From: Candidatus Spongiisociaceae bacterium
GTDB lineage: Bacteria > Actinomycetota > Acidimicrobiia > Spongiisociales > Spongiisociaceae
NCBI GenBank assembly: GCA_965202665.1
Contig: OZ241841.1
Coordinates: 1,760,001 to 1,824,000, forward strand
Direction of reading: 5' to 3'
Length of the DNA stretch: 64,000 nt
The notes beneath the pieces were generated by a model that was not told the origin of the DNA, did not search any database, and saw only the letters and a list, made by a program, of their open reading frames with translations. Below are positions 27,111 through 35,643 of the stretch, in pieces; position 1 is the stretch's first letter, and every line of letters begins with the position of its first letter. The position numbers and the translations under genes were made by a program.

Positions 27111-28919
27111 TTATCGGGGCGGGGCGGGGCGGCGGCCGGTCAGCGAACGTTCATCGCCGTGCCGGACGGTCGCCCCGGAGCCGTCCAGCCATTCCAGCAA
27201 CGGAACCGCGTATTTGCGGGTCAGCCCCATCGCGTCCCGGAAGGCGGCCACCGTGAACCGCTCCGGCAGGTCGCCCAAGCGGGCCAGAAGTTCTTCAATC
27301 TGTTCGGGCAGGTAGACCAGATGGTCGGAGATCCGCACCAGCCGGCCCTCCCGCACCAGGATGTGAACCAGTTCCGGGTCCGCCCGCAGTTCCGCCACCC
27401 GGGGGGCTTGCAGCCCCGCCTCCCGCAGCTCCCGCCGGATGCGCTCCCATTCGGCGTTTTCCCCCTCTTGGAAGGCGGGGGCGAAACCGGCTTCCGCCAC
27501 CGCCGAGCCCTTTTCCTCCAGGCGGGGTTCCAAAGACAGAAGCGCGGACAGGGCCTCGGCCTCCACCCCCAGCCGGCTGGCCAAGCTGGCTTTGGGAATG
27601 CCCGGACGCAACGGGTTTTCCCGGTGGTAGGAGGCGACCGTCCGCCGGGCCCGCTCGGCCAGCCGGGCGGCCCGTTCCCCGGCTAAAAACATTTCGCCCG
27701 CCTCCAGGCCGTTTGCCGGCCGCCCGCCTCCCGAATGGGCGGCCAGCACCCGGGACTTTTCCATCCCCCGCCCCTCCAGCAACGCATCGGCCCGTTGGCC
27801 GGGGGAGCCGTCCAACGCCCCCCGCAGCCGGGCGGCCAAACCGGCCCGCACTTTCGCCTGCGGGGGGGCGAACGGCTCCAACACCCGTCCGCCGCCCGCG
27901 ATCAGGCGGCGTCCCGAATCCCGCACAACGAACCGGTCGCCCATCCGCACCGGGGCCGGGCGGTCCAGTTCCAACACCGCCAGCTGCTCGCCGGTTTCCG
28001 TTTCCGATACGGGACGCAGGCGAATCGTCCATGTCCCGCTGCCCAAATGCATCTGATAGGCCCCCCGCCCGGTGAAAGGCCGCTCCCGGTAGCGGGCGCG
28101 GCGCAACAGGGCCAACAGGCGGCGGGAGGGGACCCATTCCCCGGGGCGGCCCAGCATCGCCCCCCGCTCCGTCTTCTCCCGTTCCAAACCGGCCAGCCCC
28201 ACCGCCGTTCTGCAACCCGGCCCCACCGTTCGCCGTTCGGCTTCGTGCGACTGCAGGGAACGGATGCGGCTTTTCCATCCACCGGGGTGAAACTCCACCG
28301 GATCCCCTATCGCCAGCGGGCCGCCCACCAGCGTCCCGGTGGCCACCGTGCCCGTTCCGGCGACGGTGAAAGAACGATCCACCCACAGGCGGGGGCGCCC
28401 TTCGTCCCGCACCGGACAGCCGTCGGCCATTTGCGCCAGACGCTCCCGCAGCCGCTCCATCCCCTCCCCGGTGACCGCCGACACCGGGACGATCGGCGAC
28501 CCGTCCAGCGAAGTTCCCGCCAGGCGCTCCGAAACTTCCAAAGCGGCCAACTCGGCCAAATCTTCGTCCACCCGGTCCGCTTTGGTGAGGGCGATCACCC
28601 CCCGGCGGACGTCCAGCGCGTCCAGCGCCGCCAAATGCTCCTCCGACTGCGGCATCCAGCCTTCGTCGGCGGCCACCGCCATCAGGGCGGCGTCGAAGCC
28701 TTCCGTTCCGGCCAGCATGTTTTTGATGAAACGTTCATGGCCGGGGACGTCCACGAACGAAACCTCCCCCCGCCCCAGACGGGTCCAGGCGAAACCCAGG
28801 TCGATGGTGAGGCCCCGTTCTTTCTCCTCCCGCCAGCGGTCCGGGTCGCGGCCGGTGAGGGCCGCCACCAGGGTGGATTTGCCGTGGTCGACGTGGCCGG
28901 CGGTTCCTATGACCGGCAT
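27111..28919 (-). CDS. selB: Selenocysteine-specific elongation factor
   Basis: IGTAGHVDHGKSTL, EEKERGLTIDLGF, DVPGHERFIKNM, TKAD; C-terminal winged helix TRKYAVPLLE. Confidence 0.95.
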   Translation of the reverse strand: MPVIGTAGHVDHGKSTLVAALTGRDPDRWREEKERGLTIDLGFAWTRLGRGEVSFVDVPGHERFIKNMLAGTEGFDAALMAVAADEGWMPQSEEHLAALDALDVRRGVIALTKADRVDEDLAELAALEVSERLAGTSLDGSPIVPVSAVTGEGMERLRERLAQMADGCPVRDEGRPRLWVDRSFTVAGTGTVATGTLVGGPLAIGDPVEFHPGGWKSRIRSLQSHEAERRTVGPGCRTAVGLAGLEREKTERGAMLGRPGEWVPSRRLLALLRRARYRERPFTGRGAYQMHLGSGTWTIRLRPVSETETGEQLAVLELDRPAPVRMGDRFVVRDSGRRLIAGGGRVLEPFAPPQAKVRAGLAARLRGALDGSPGQRADALLEGRGMEKSRVLAAHSGGGRPANGLEAGEMFLAGERAARLAERARRTVASYHRENPLRPGIPKASLASRLGVEAEALSALLSLEPRLEEKGSAVAEAGFAPAFQEGENAEWERIRRELREAGLQAPRVAELRADPELVHILVREGRLVRISDHLVYLPEQIEELLARLGDLPERFTVAAFRDAMGLTRKYAVPLLEWLDGSGATVRHGDERSLTGRRPAPPR

Positions 28920-30265
28920 ACGGTGCGCAGGGCGGCCGCCACCCGGGGGTCGTCATCGGGATGAACCGCCCGCAAATCAAGCAACAGGTCGCCGCCGCTC
29001 CGGCGGGCCGCCACCGCCGGGTCGGTTCGCAGCAGGGCCCCCCACAGGCGCTCCCCCTCCCCGGCCAAGGCCAAAACCGGGGAGGGCACGGTCATTCCCG
29101 GAACGGAACCGGCCCCCGCCGCCGCCTCCGACTCCCGCAGAACGGGGGCTGTCCCGGCCGCCCCGGCCACCGCCCGCAACCGTTCCCCCAGGGCCTCCAC
29201 CGGTGTGGCGGCCATCGCCCAGAAAGGTATTTCCCCGGCCCGCCCGGAGGCGTACAGTTCGGCGGTGACGGTGAGCCCGGCGATGGTCGGGCCGTCCAGC
29301 CGCAGGGCCCGGGCCAGCGGGTTGCGCCGCAGCCGGGACACCAACTCTTCCCGTCCGGCGATGATTCCCGCCTGGCATCCCCCGAACAGTTTGTCCCCCG
29401 AAAACATGGCCAGATCGGCTCCCCGTTGCAAGGTTTGGCGCACCCCCGGTTCGTCGGCCAGCCAAGCGGGGGGAGGGCCCGCCGCCCAGGGAACGGTTTC
29501 GTCCAGCAGGCCGCTCCCCAGGTCGTAGGCCGCCGGCAAACCCCGCTCGGCCCCCAGATGCGCCAACTCCGAGATCCCGGTGTGTTCTTCGAACCCGGCG
29601 ATGCGGAAGTTGGAAGGATGCACTTTGAGCAACAGGGCGGAGTCGTCGCCCAAGGCCCGTTGGTAGTCGGACAGGCGGGTGCGGTTGGTGGTTCCCACTT
29701 CCACCAGCCGCGCCCCGGAGGCGGCCATCAAATCCGGCAGGCGGTAGGAGCCCCCGATTTCGATTAACTCCCCGCGGGAGACCGGAACCTCCCGCCCGGC
29801 GGCCAAAGTGTGCAAAACCAGAAACAGGGCGGCGGCGTTGTTGTTCACCGCCAAAACCGCCTCCGCCCCGGTCAGGCGGGCCAGCAGGCCCTCCAAATAG
29901 GCGCCCCGGGAGCCCCTCCCCCCCCGGTTCAGGTCGAACTCCAGGTTGCCGTAGCCGACGGCCGCCGCCCGGGCTTCTTCGGCGGCCGCCCGATGGAGGG
30001 GGGCGCGGCCCAGGTTGGTGTGCAGGAGCACCCCGGTGGCGTTGATCACCGGGCGGTGCCGCAGAAAGCGCAGGCGGCGAATTTCCCGCCGGGCCCGTTC
30101 CTCCGGGTCGGCTTCCCGCCCGGCCATCCGGTCGGCGCGGGCGGAATCGATGGCGGCCCTCGCCGCTTCCACCACCAGGGCCCCGGGCAGGCCGTAATCC
30201 TCCCCGGAGGCGGCCAACCGGCCGACTAGGGCGTCAACGGCGGGCAGGCCGCGCAGGTTAGTCAT
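28907..30265 (-). CDS. selA: L-seryl-tRNA(Sec) selenium transferase
   Basis: VINATGVLLHTNLGRAPL, VNNNAAA, SRGELIEIGGSYR, EVGTTNRT, FSGDKLFGG. Confidence 0.96.
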   Translation of the reverse strand: MTNLRGLPAVDALVGRLAASGEDYGLPGALVVEAARAAIDSARADRMAGREADPEERARREIRRLRFLRHRPVINATGVLLHTNLGRAPLHRAAAEEARAAAVGYGNLEFDLNRGGRGSRGAYLEGLLARLTGAEAVLAVNNNAAALFLVLHTLAAGREVPVSRGELIEIGGSYRLPDLMAASGARLVEVGTTNRTRLSDYQRALGDDSALLLKVHPSNFRIAGFEEHTGISELAHLGAERGLPAAYDLGSGLLDETVPWAAGPPPAWLADEPGVRQTLQRGADLAMFSGDKLFGGCQAGIIAGREELVSRLRRNPLARALRLDGPTIAGLTVTAELYASGRAGEIPFWAMAATPVEALGERLRAVAGAAGTAPVLRESEAAAGAGSVPGMTVPSPVLALAGEGERLWGALLRTDPAVAARRSGGDLLLDLRAVHPDDDPRVAAALRTVCRS

Positions 30266-30299
30266 CGGCTAAGAATAACGATAGCGTAAAATAGGGGGC

Positions 30300-30671
30300 A
30301 TGGGGTGGTTGCTTCGCCTGGCTTTCTTTCTGGTCCCGGCCGCGGAACTGGGGCTGTTCGCGGTCGTGTGGAGCCGCATCGGGCTGGGATGGGCCCTTTT
30401 GGCGGTGGCGGCCACCGCCCTGATCGGGGCGGCCCTGGTGCGCCGTCAAGGGCTGGCCGTTTGGGAGAAGATGCGGGAAGACCTGGCCGCGGGCGGAACC
30501 CCGGCCCGGCATTTGGCGCACGGCGTCCTGTTGCTGGTGGGCGGCGCGCTGTTGCTGACCCCCGGGTTTTTGACCGACGGGGCCGGGTTCGCCCTGATGA
30601 TCCCCCCGGTGCGGGAGGCTTTGTACAATGCGGGCGTCCGCCGCTTGCGCCGCCGCGCCGTCAACATTTGA
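30300..30671 (+). CDS. fxsA: FxsA family membrane protein
   Basis: PAAELGL..IG..GAALVRRQG..GGALLLTPGFLTD..G motif. Confidence 0.88.
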   Translation: MGWLLRLAFFLVPAAELGLFAVVWSRIGLGWALLAVAATALIGAALVRRQGLAVWEKMREDLAAGGTPARHLAHGVLLLVGGALLLTPGFLTDGAGFALMIPPVREALYNAGVRRLRRRAVNI

Positions 30672-31345
30672 TGACCCCCCGGCCCGCTTCCACCCTGGTT
30701 CTGTTGCGTACGGCGGGGGGGCGGATGGAGACGTTGATGATTAAACGGCAGGCGGCCCTGTTCGGGGCCGGATGGTGGGTGTTCCCCGGCGGGTCGCTGG
30801 AACCCGCCGACCGGCTCCCCGAAAACCGGGAGTTGGTGGCCGGGGCGGGGCGGGAAGAAGACATCCCCTGGATAGCGGCCGCTTTGCGGGAAACCGCCGA
30901 AGAAGTCGGGTTGTGCCCGACCCGGCCCGACCGGTTGGCGGAACGGCCCGACCCGGCGGACGTGTACGGGTGGCTGCGCCGGTCGGGGGTCCGGATGGAC
31001 GGGGGCGGGTTGGCTTTGCTGTCCAACTGGGTCACGCCCGCCGGGGTGCGCAAACGTTTCGACACCCGCTTCTACGTAGCTCAGTGGGGCGGCCCGGGGG
31101 AACCCCGTCCGGATCGGGCGGAAGTGGCGGAGGCGGAATGGGTGGCCCCGGAGGCGATGCTGGGGCGGGAACGCCGGGAATATCCGCTAATCCAACCCAC
31201 CTATGAGACTTTGGAACTGTTGGCCCGGTTTGACTCCCCGCAGGCGGTGGTTGATTTCGCACGCGGGCGGGAAGTGGTTCCCATTCATCCTCCGCTGGAA
31301 TGGGCGCCGCCGGAAAGCGGGCGGGCCGCGGGGGCGGGGGGGTAG
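30671..31345 (+). CDS. NUDIX hydrolase (Nudt19-like)
   Basis: PRPASTLVL, VFPGG..AALRETAEEVG, WVTP..RKRFDTRFY. Confidence 0.85.
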   Translation: MTPRPASTLVLLRTAGGRMETLMIKRQAALFGAGWWVFPGGSLEPADRLPENRELVAGAGREEDIPWIAAALRETAEEVGLCPTRPDRLAERPDPADVYGWLRRSGVRMDGGGLALLSNWVTPAGVRKRFDTRFYVAQWGGPGEPRPDRAEVAEAEWVAPEAMLGRERREYPLIQPTYETLELLARFDSPQAVVDFARGREVVPIHPPLEWAPPESGRAAGAGG

Positions 31346-31348
31346 CGG

Positions 31349-32173
31349 ATGTTTTCGACGGTGCGCATCCTGGCCCCCAACCCCGGCGTTTTCACCGGGC
31401 CGGGCACCAACACCTATGTCGCGGTTTCCGGCGGTGAATGTGTGATAATCGACCCGGGGCCGGTGGAAGAATCCCATCGGCGGGCGATTCTGGGAGCGGT
31501 GGATGGCTTGCAGCCCAGGGCGGTGCTGGTTACGCACACCCACCCCGACCATGCGCCGCTGGCCAATCCGCTGGCGGAGCGGCTGGGCGTCGCCGCCTAC
31601 GGCTTTGCGCCCGGCCCCGAATTCGCGCCCGATCGGCGGTTGCGGGACGGCGACCGCCTGCGTTTCGGAGAGGAGGTTCTGGAGGTGTTGCACACCCCCG
31701 GCCATTCCGACGATCATCTGTGTTTCCGGCTGGGAGGCGCGGTGTTCACCGGCGACCACATCATGGGGGGCTCCACGGTGATAGTGGAGGACATGGCCCT
31801 TTATCTCCGCTCCCTGGAAAGGCTTCGCGGATGGGAGATGACCCGCCTGCTGCCCGGCCACGGGGAGCCGATGGACCGCCCCTATCAGACGGTGGACGAC
31901 TATTTGGCCCACCGTCTGATGCGGGAAAGGCAGATTACGGCGGCCCTGGAAGGGGGAGCGGCGCGGGTGGGGGAGATAGTGGAGGCGGTCTACCGCGATG
32001 TGGATCGGGTGTTGCATCCTTTGGCGGCCCGTTCCGTTTTGGCCCACCTGGTAAAACTGGAAGCGGAAGGAAAAGTGGAGTTGCCGCCGCTGGCGTCGGG
32101 CGGGGACGGGGGCGGGGACGCCGGGCGGTGGGAGCGGAGGGCGGTTCTTGTGACGGGGCGGGAGGGGCGATGA
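31349..32173 (+). CDS. MBL-fold hydrolase (LACTB2-like)
   Basis: APNPG..TGPGTNTY, THTHPDH, TPGHSDDH, FTGDH, PGHG. Confidence 0.88.
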   Translation: MFSTVRILAPNPGVFTGPGTNTYVAVSGGECVIIDPGPVEESHRRAILGAVDGLQPRAVLVTHTHPDHAPLANPLAERLGVAAYGFAPGPEFAPDRRLRDGDRLRFGEEVLEVLHTPGHSDDHLCFRLGGAVFTGDHIMGGSTVIVEDMALYLRSLERLRGWEMTRLLPGHGEPMDRPYQTVDDYLAHRLMRERQITAALEGGAARVGEIVEAVYRDVDRVLHPLAARSVLAHLVKLEAEGKVELPPLASGGDGGGDAGRWERRAVLVTGREGR

Positions 32174-33594
32174 GGTTGCGCAGGTGGGCGCTGGCGATGC
32201 TGGCCGTTTTAGCGGTCGCTTCCCCGGCGTCGGCCCAAACCGAACCGGACATCGCCGACGCGGCCGTGCGGGAAGCCCAGGCGGAACTGGACCGGTTGCA
32301 CGCCGAAGCCCAAGAGTTGGCCGACCGCTATCAGCAGGTTTGGGGCGAAGAGGCCTCCCTGTCGGATGAGATTTCCAGCATTGAGGCCTCCTTAGCCGAC
32401 CGGCGGGTTGACTTGGAGAAGTTGCGGGCCGCGGCCGGCCAGCGGGCGGTGGAATTGTATATGGACGCCGCCTCGGGGGTGCTGTCCGATGTGTTTTTAT
32501 CGGTTTCCCCCTCCGAGATGGACACCCGGGTGGCGTATTTGAGCGAGGTTCGGGAACGCGACCAGCAGTTGTTCGAAGAGTTGCGGGTGGAGACCCGTTT
32601 GCTGGCGGAAGAAGGCAATCGCCTGCGACGGCAACAGGAGCGCAGCCTGGAGGTTTTAGCCGAGTTCGAACAGGTGGGATCCGACCTGAACCAGCGCCTG
32701 GAGCAGGCCCAAGCCTCCTTCGAGGCCTTACGGGAAGCCGAAGCCCAAGCCGCAGCCGCAGCCGCAACGACCACCACCGTCCCGCCCCCGGAAACCCCGT
32801 CCCCAACGACTGCGCCGACCCCTTCCCCCACCACCACCGTTCCCGTCACGACCATTCCCGCAACCGTCGATTCTTCCACCACCACCACCACCGTCCCAAC
32901 CACCACGACTACCACTGTCCCCGCCGCGACCACCACCACCATTCCGACAACGACTACCACATCCACGACCACCACGACCGCTCCCCCCACTACCACCACG
33001 ACTACGACCACCACCACTATTCCAACAACGACCACCACCACGACCACGACGACCACCACGATTCCCCCCACCACGACCACCGCCGCCGTAGTAACCCTCC
33101 CCCCGGCGGACGGGCCGGACGAGGCCGACCCGCCGGAGGATGGGGGGGAGGTGGGTCAGCGGCCGGAGGGGGAGGAGATGGCGGAAAGGCCGTCCACCCA
33201 TTGTCCGGTGGACGGGTACATGGTTTTCTCCGACACGTGGGGGGCGCCCCGTTCCGGCGGCCGCCGCCACGAAGGGGTTGATTTCCTAGCCGCCCGGGGA
33301 ACCCCGGTGGTGGCGGTGGAAGACGGAACCATCAGGCGGATGCGCAACGGCGGCTTGGGAGGCATCACGGTGTGGCTGGCCGGCGAAAGCGGCCACCATT
33401 ACTACTACGCCCACCTAAACGAATGGGCGCCGGGCTTGGCGGTGGGCCAGACGGTGGCCGCCGGAGCCCTGCTGGGAACGGTGGGAACCACCGGCAATTC
33501 CCCGGCCCACATCCCCCATCTGCACTGGGAATATCACCCCAACGGCGGCTCGGCCGTAAACCCCACTCCACTGGCCCGCCAACTCTGCAACTAG
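32170..33594 (+). CDS. Secreted coiled-coil M23 peptidoglycan peptidase with Thr/Pro-rich linker
   Basis: Signal peptide, coiled coil, HEGVD, YYAHL, GTTGNS, PHLHWE. Confidence 0.88.
   Translation: MRLRRWALAMLAVLAVASPASAQTEPDIADAAVREAQAELDRLHAEAQELADRYQQVWGEEASLSDEISSIEASLADRRVDLEKLRAAAGQRAVELYMDAASGVLSDVFLSVSPSEMDTRVAYLSEVRERDQQLFEELRVETRLLAEEGNRLRRQQERSLEVLAEFEQVGSDLNQRLEQAQASFEALREAEAQAAAAAATTTTVPPPETPSPTTAPTPSPTTTVPVTTIPATVDSSTTTTTVPTTTTTTVPAATTTTIPTTTTTSTTTTTAPPTTTTTTTTTTIPTTTTTTTTTTTTIPPTTTTAAVVTLPPADGPDEADPPEDGGEVGQRPEGEEMAERPSTHCPVDGYMVFSDTWGAPRSGGRRHEGVDFLAARGTPVVAVEDGTIRRMRNGGLGGITVWLAGESGHHYYYAHLNEWAPGLAVGQTVAAGALLGTVGTTGNSPAHIPHLHWEYHPNGGSAVNPTPLARQLCN
32767..33080 (+). repeat. 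Low-complexity ACC/ACG (Thr) linker
   Basis: Runs such as TTTTTVPTTTTTTVP. Confidence 0.85.
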
Positions 33595-33692
33595 CGGCTG
33601 TTGCGTTGGCAACGCCGGTTTCCGACTCACCGTAATCCGGTTATCCTACAAGCCTTGTATAATGCTATTAAGCAACGTGAGCGGAAGGGACG

Positions 33693-34433
33693 ATGATGAA
33701 TTCGGTCGCTGAAAGGTTGGCGCCGTTTTTGCCCGGTCCGGATGAGTTCTATCCGCCGGGCGGCTGGCGGCGCGTGGCATGGACCTGGTGCTGGAATCAG
33801 GGGAAACAGGTGGAGTTCCCGCAGTTGGAACCACAGACGGAGACGTTGCGCCGCGATTTACAGGCGCACCTGGTAGGGCTGGGTTCATCGGAAAAACGGG
33901 CGATGGCGGTTACCAAGTGGGCGATCTTCGAGTACATGAAAGATCGGCGGGGCATGTGGGAACACCGGCACGAGCCTCCGCCCGTCAACCCCATGCGTCC
34001 CTATCCTGTTTTCTTAGTCACCGATTTACCTCATCTGATGCGGAAGCCAAACGGGCGGGGCCGCTATCGATCGCTAGTCCAATTTTCCAAAGACTGGGCC
34101 GTATATCCTCTGCGACGGAAAGAAATGATGGCCGACCCTCCACCGCCGGACACCGAATTCGGGATAGCGGTCAGCATAGCCGCCGTGGTACACGCCTTAT
34201 GCGACCTAGACGGCCTCCCCCCGCCGAACTGGGTGTTCGCCCACCGCTCCCCGGAACCAATGAAACCATGGGGAGTATCACCATCTCTTAAACCGGAGTT
34301 CACCAGTAAAACTCCTCCAGCTTGCCTCTATCACAACGTTTACTTCGATTACCACTTTATCGAAGGCCCCCTGTGGATCAGCCTCCCCCCAACCGCTTGT
34401 CGAAACAACCCAGAGGAGGCCCTAAGCCGATGA
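33693..34433 (+). CDS. Hypothetical protein, possible antitoxin partner of the downstream nucleotidyltransferase
   Basis: C-terminal IAAVVHALCDLDGLPPPNWV..PW; ATGA-coupled to the next gene; TATAAT upstream at ~33658. Confidence 0.6.
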   Translation: MMNSVAERLAPFLPGPDEFYPPGGWRRVAWTWCWNQGKQVEFPQLEPQTETLRRDLQAHLVGLGSSEKRAMAVTKWAIFEYMKDRRGMWEHRHEPPPVNPMRPYPVFLVTDLPHLMRKPNGRGRYRSLVQFSKDWAVYPLRRKEMMADPPPPDTEFGIAVSIAAVVHALCDLDGLPPPNWVFAHRSPEPMKPWGVSPSLKPEFTSKTPPACLYHNVYFDYHFIEGPLWISLPPTACRNNPEEALSR

Positions 34434-35086
34434 CCAGCAATCAAAAAGAACTAAACGGCCCGCTCATATGGCGCCTACTGGAAAAGGTGGACTCCAACCT
34501 ACGAGGCCACTTCACCGAGGTGCTTATTGTCGGTGGCGCCGCACTGTCGATACATTGGATGATACAACAGACGCATGAGAGAGGAACCTTCGACGTTGAT
34601 GTGGTGCATCTCCTACCTCAACCTTCCGAACGCACTACCCGATCCGTTGACTCATTAACTATCCCGCTTCCCTATCATCTTGACCAAGCTGTACAAGCAG
34701 TAGCCCGCCGAGAGGATTTGGGCGTAAGATGGCTCAACAATGATGCCAGAGGTTCCATACCACCTATCTCCGATCTGCAACAAGAGATGCTATTTCGAGG
34801 AAAAAATCTTCATGTATACCGGCCGAGCCTACCAGTCTTGTTGGCTATGAAATTGACTGCCCACCGCCTAGATAAAGACTTAGAAGATACAATAAAACTA
34901 GCAATAGAAACAGGTATCACCGAAAAAGATGAAATGCTTAAACTACTTGAAGATACATATGGACCAGGACACATAAATTCTGATATTAGAGAGTTTATAA
35001 ACAAAGCAACCAACCGTATACCTTCCCGATATAAACCAGAAAATCAAATCTCTTCCCGCGGAGACAATAGCGACCTAGATCTATAA
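34430..35086 (+). CDS. Nucleotidyltransferase-fold protein (DUF6036/AbiEii-like)
   Basis: LIVGGAAL..R.TFDVD, WLN, LLAMKL.A.R.DKDLED; low GC. Confidence 0.72.
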   Translation: MTSNQKELNGPLIWRLLEKVDSNLRGHFTEVLIVGGAALSIHWMIQQTHERGTFDVDVVHLLPQPSERTTRSVDSLTIPLPYHLDQAVQAVARREDLGVRWLNNDARGSIPPISDLQQEMLFRGKNLHVYRPSLPVLLAMKLTAHRLDKDLEDTIKLAIETGITEKDEMLKLLEDTYGPGHINSDIREFINKATNRIPSRYKPENQISSRGDNSDLDL

Positions 35087-35267
35087 ACCTTCTTTAACTC
35101 TTCAATGCGACGACCGATGTTCTGTCTGTCTGGTCAGCAGGAACAGGCAAAACCAGGTGTCCGTACAGGCTCATACAGGCCTGTTTCTGATGGTGCCCTG
35201 AACTGGACACTAGGGAAATCGGAGACTGACAGGCAAAATCCAGGCCTGGACAGGCCTGTTCCAGCCC

Positions 35268-35474
35268 CTATCCGTCAGGTCGCCCTTCCCCGGCCAAACG
35301 GGCCAAGTGAGATCTGTACACCTGCTCCATATTGGCCCAAAGCCGGGCGGGTATGTCCGTGGCGCGTTCCAACCTGATAGCGGTTTCCGCGTTTATAGGA
35401 TCCTCCCCGTTTATTAGTTGGCTTATATGTTTTTCGGACAGTCCGGTATGGCGAGCCAAGTCCGCCCGGCTCAT
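35268..35474 (-). pseudogene. HigA-like XRE HTH antitoxin fragment
   Basis: MSRADLARHTGLSEKHISQLINGEDPINAETAIRLE..PARLWANME; N-terminal P-P-G-E segment appears lost. Confidence 0.65.
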
Positions 35475-35643
35475 AGAGCGCTCTTCGAGGGGACAACCTG
35501 AGCCCAATCAATCACCTTCCCAAAATAAAAAGGGCAAAACTGCTGGCGGTGGCGCGGGTTTGAGGAGTTTTTTTCGGCGCGAACAACCAGGGAGAAAGAG
35601 CACTGCCCGGCCCCGTTCCCCGACTTGCTTCCGCAACCGCCTT

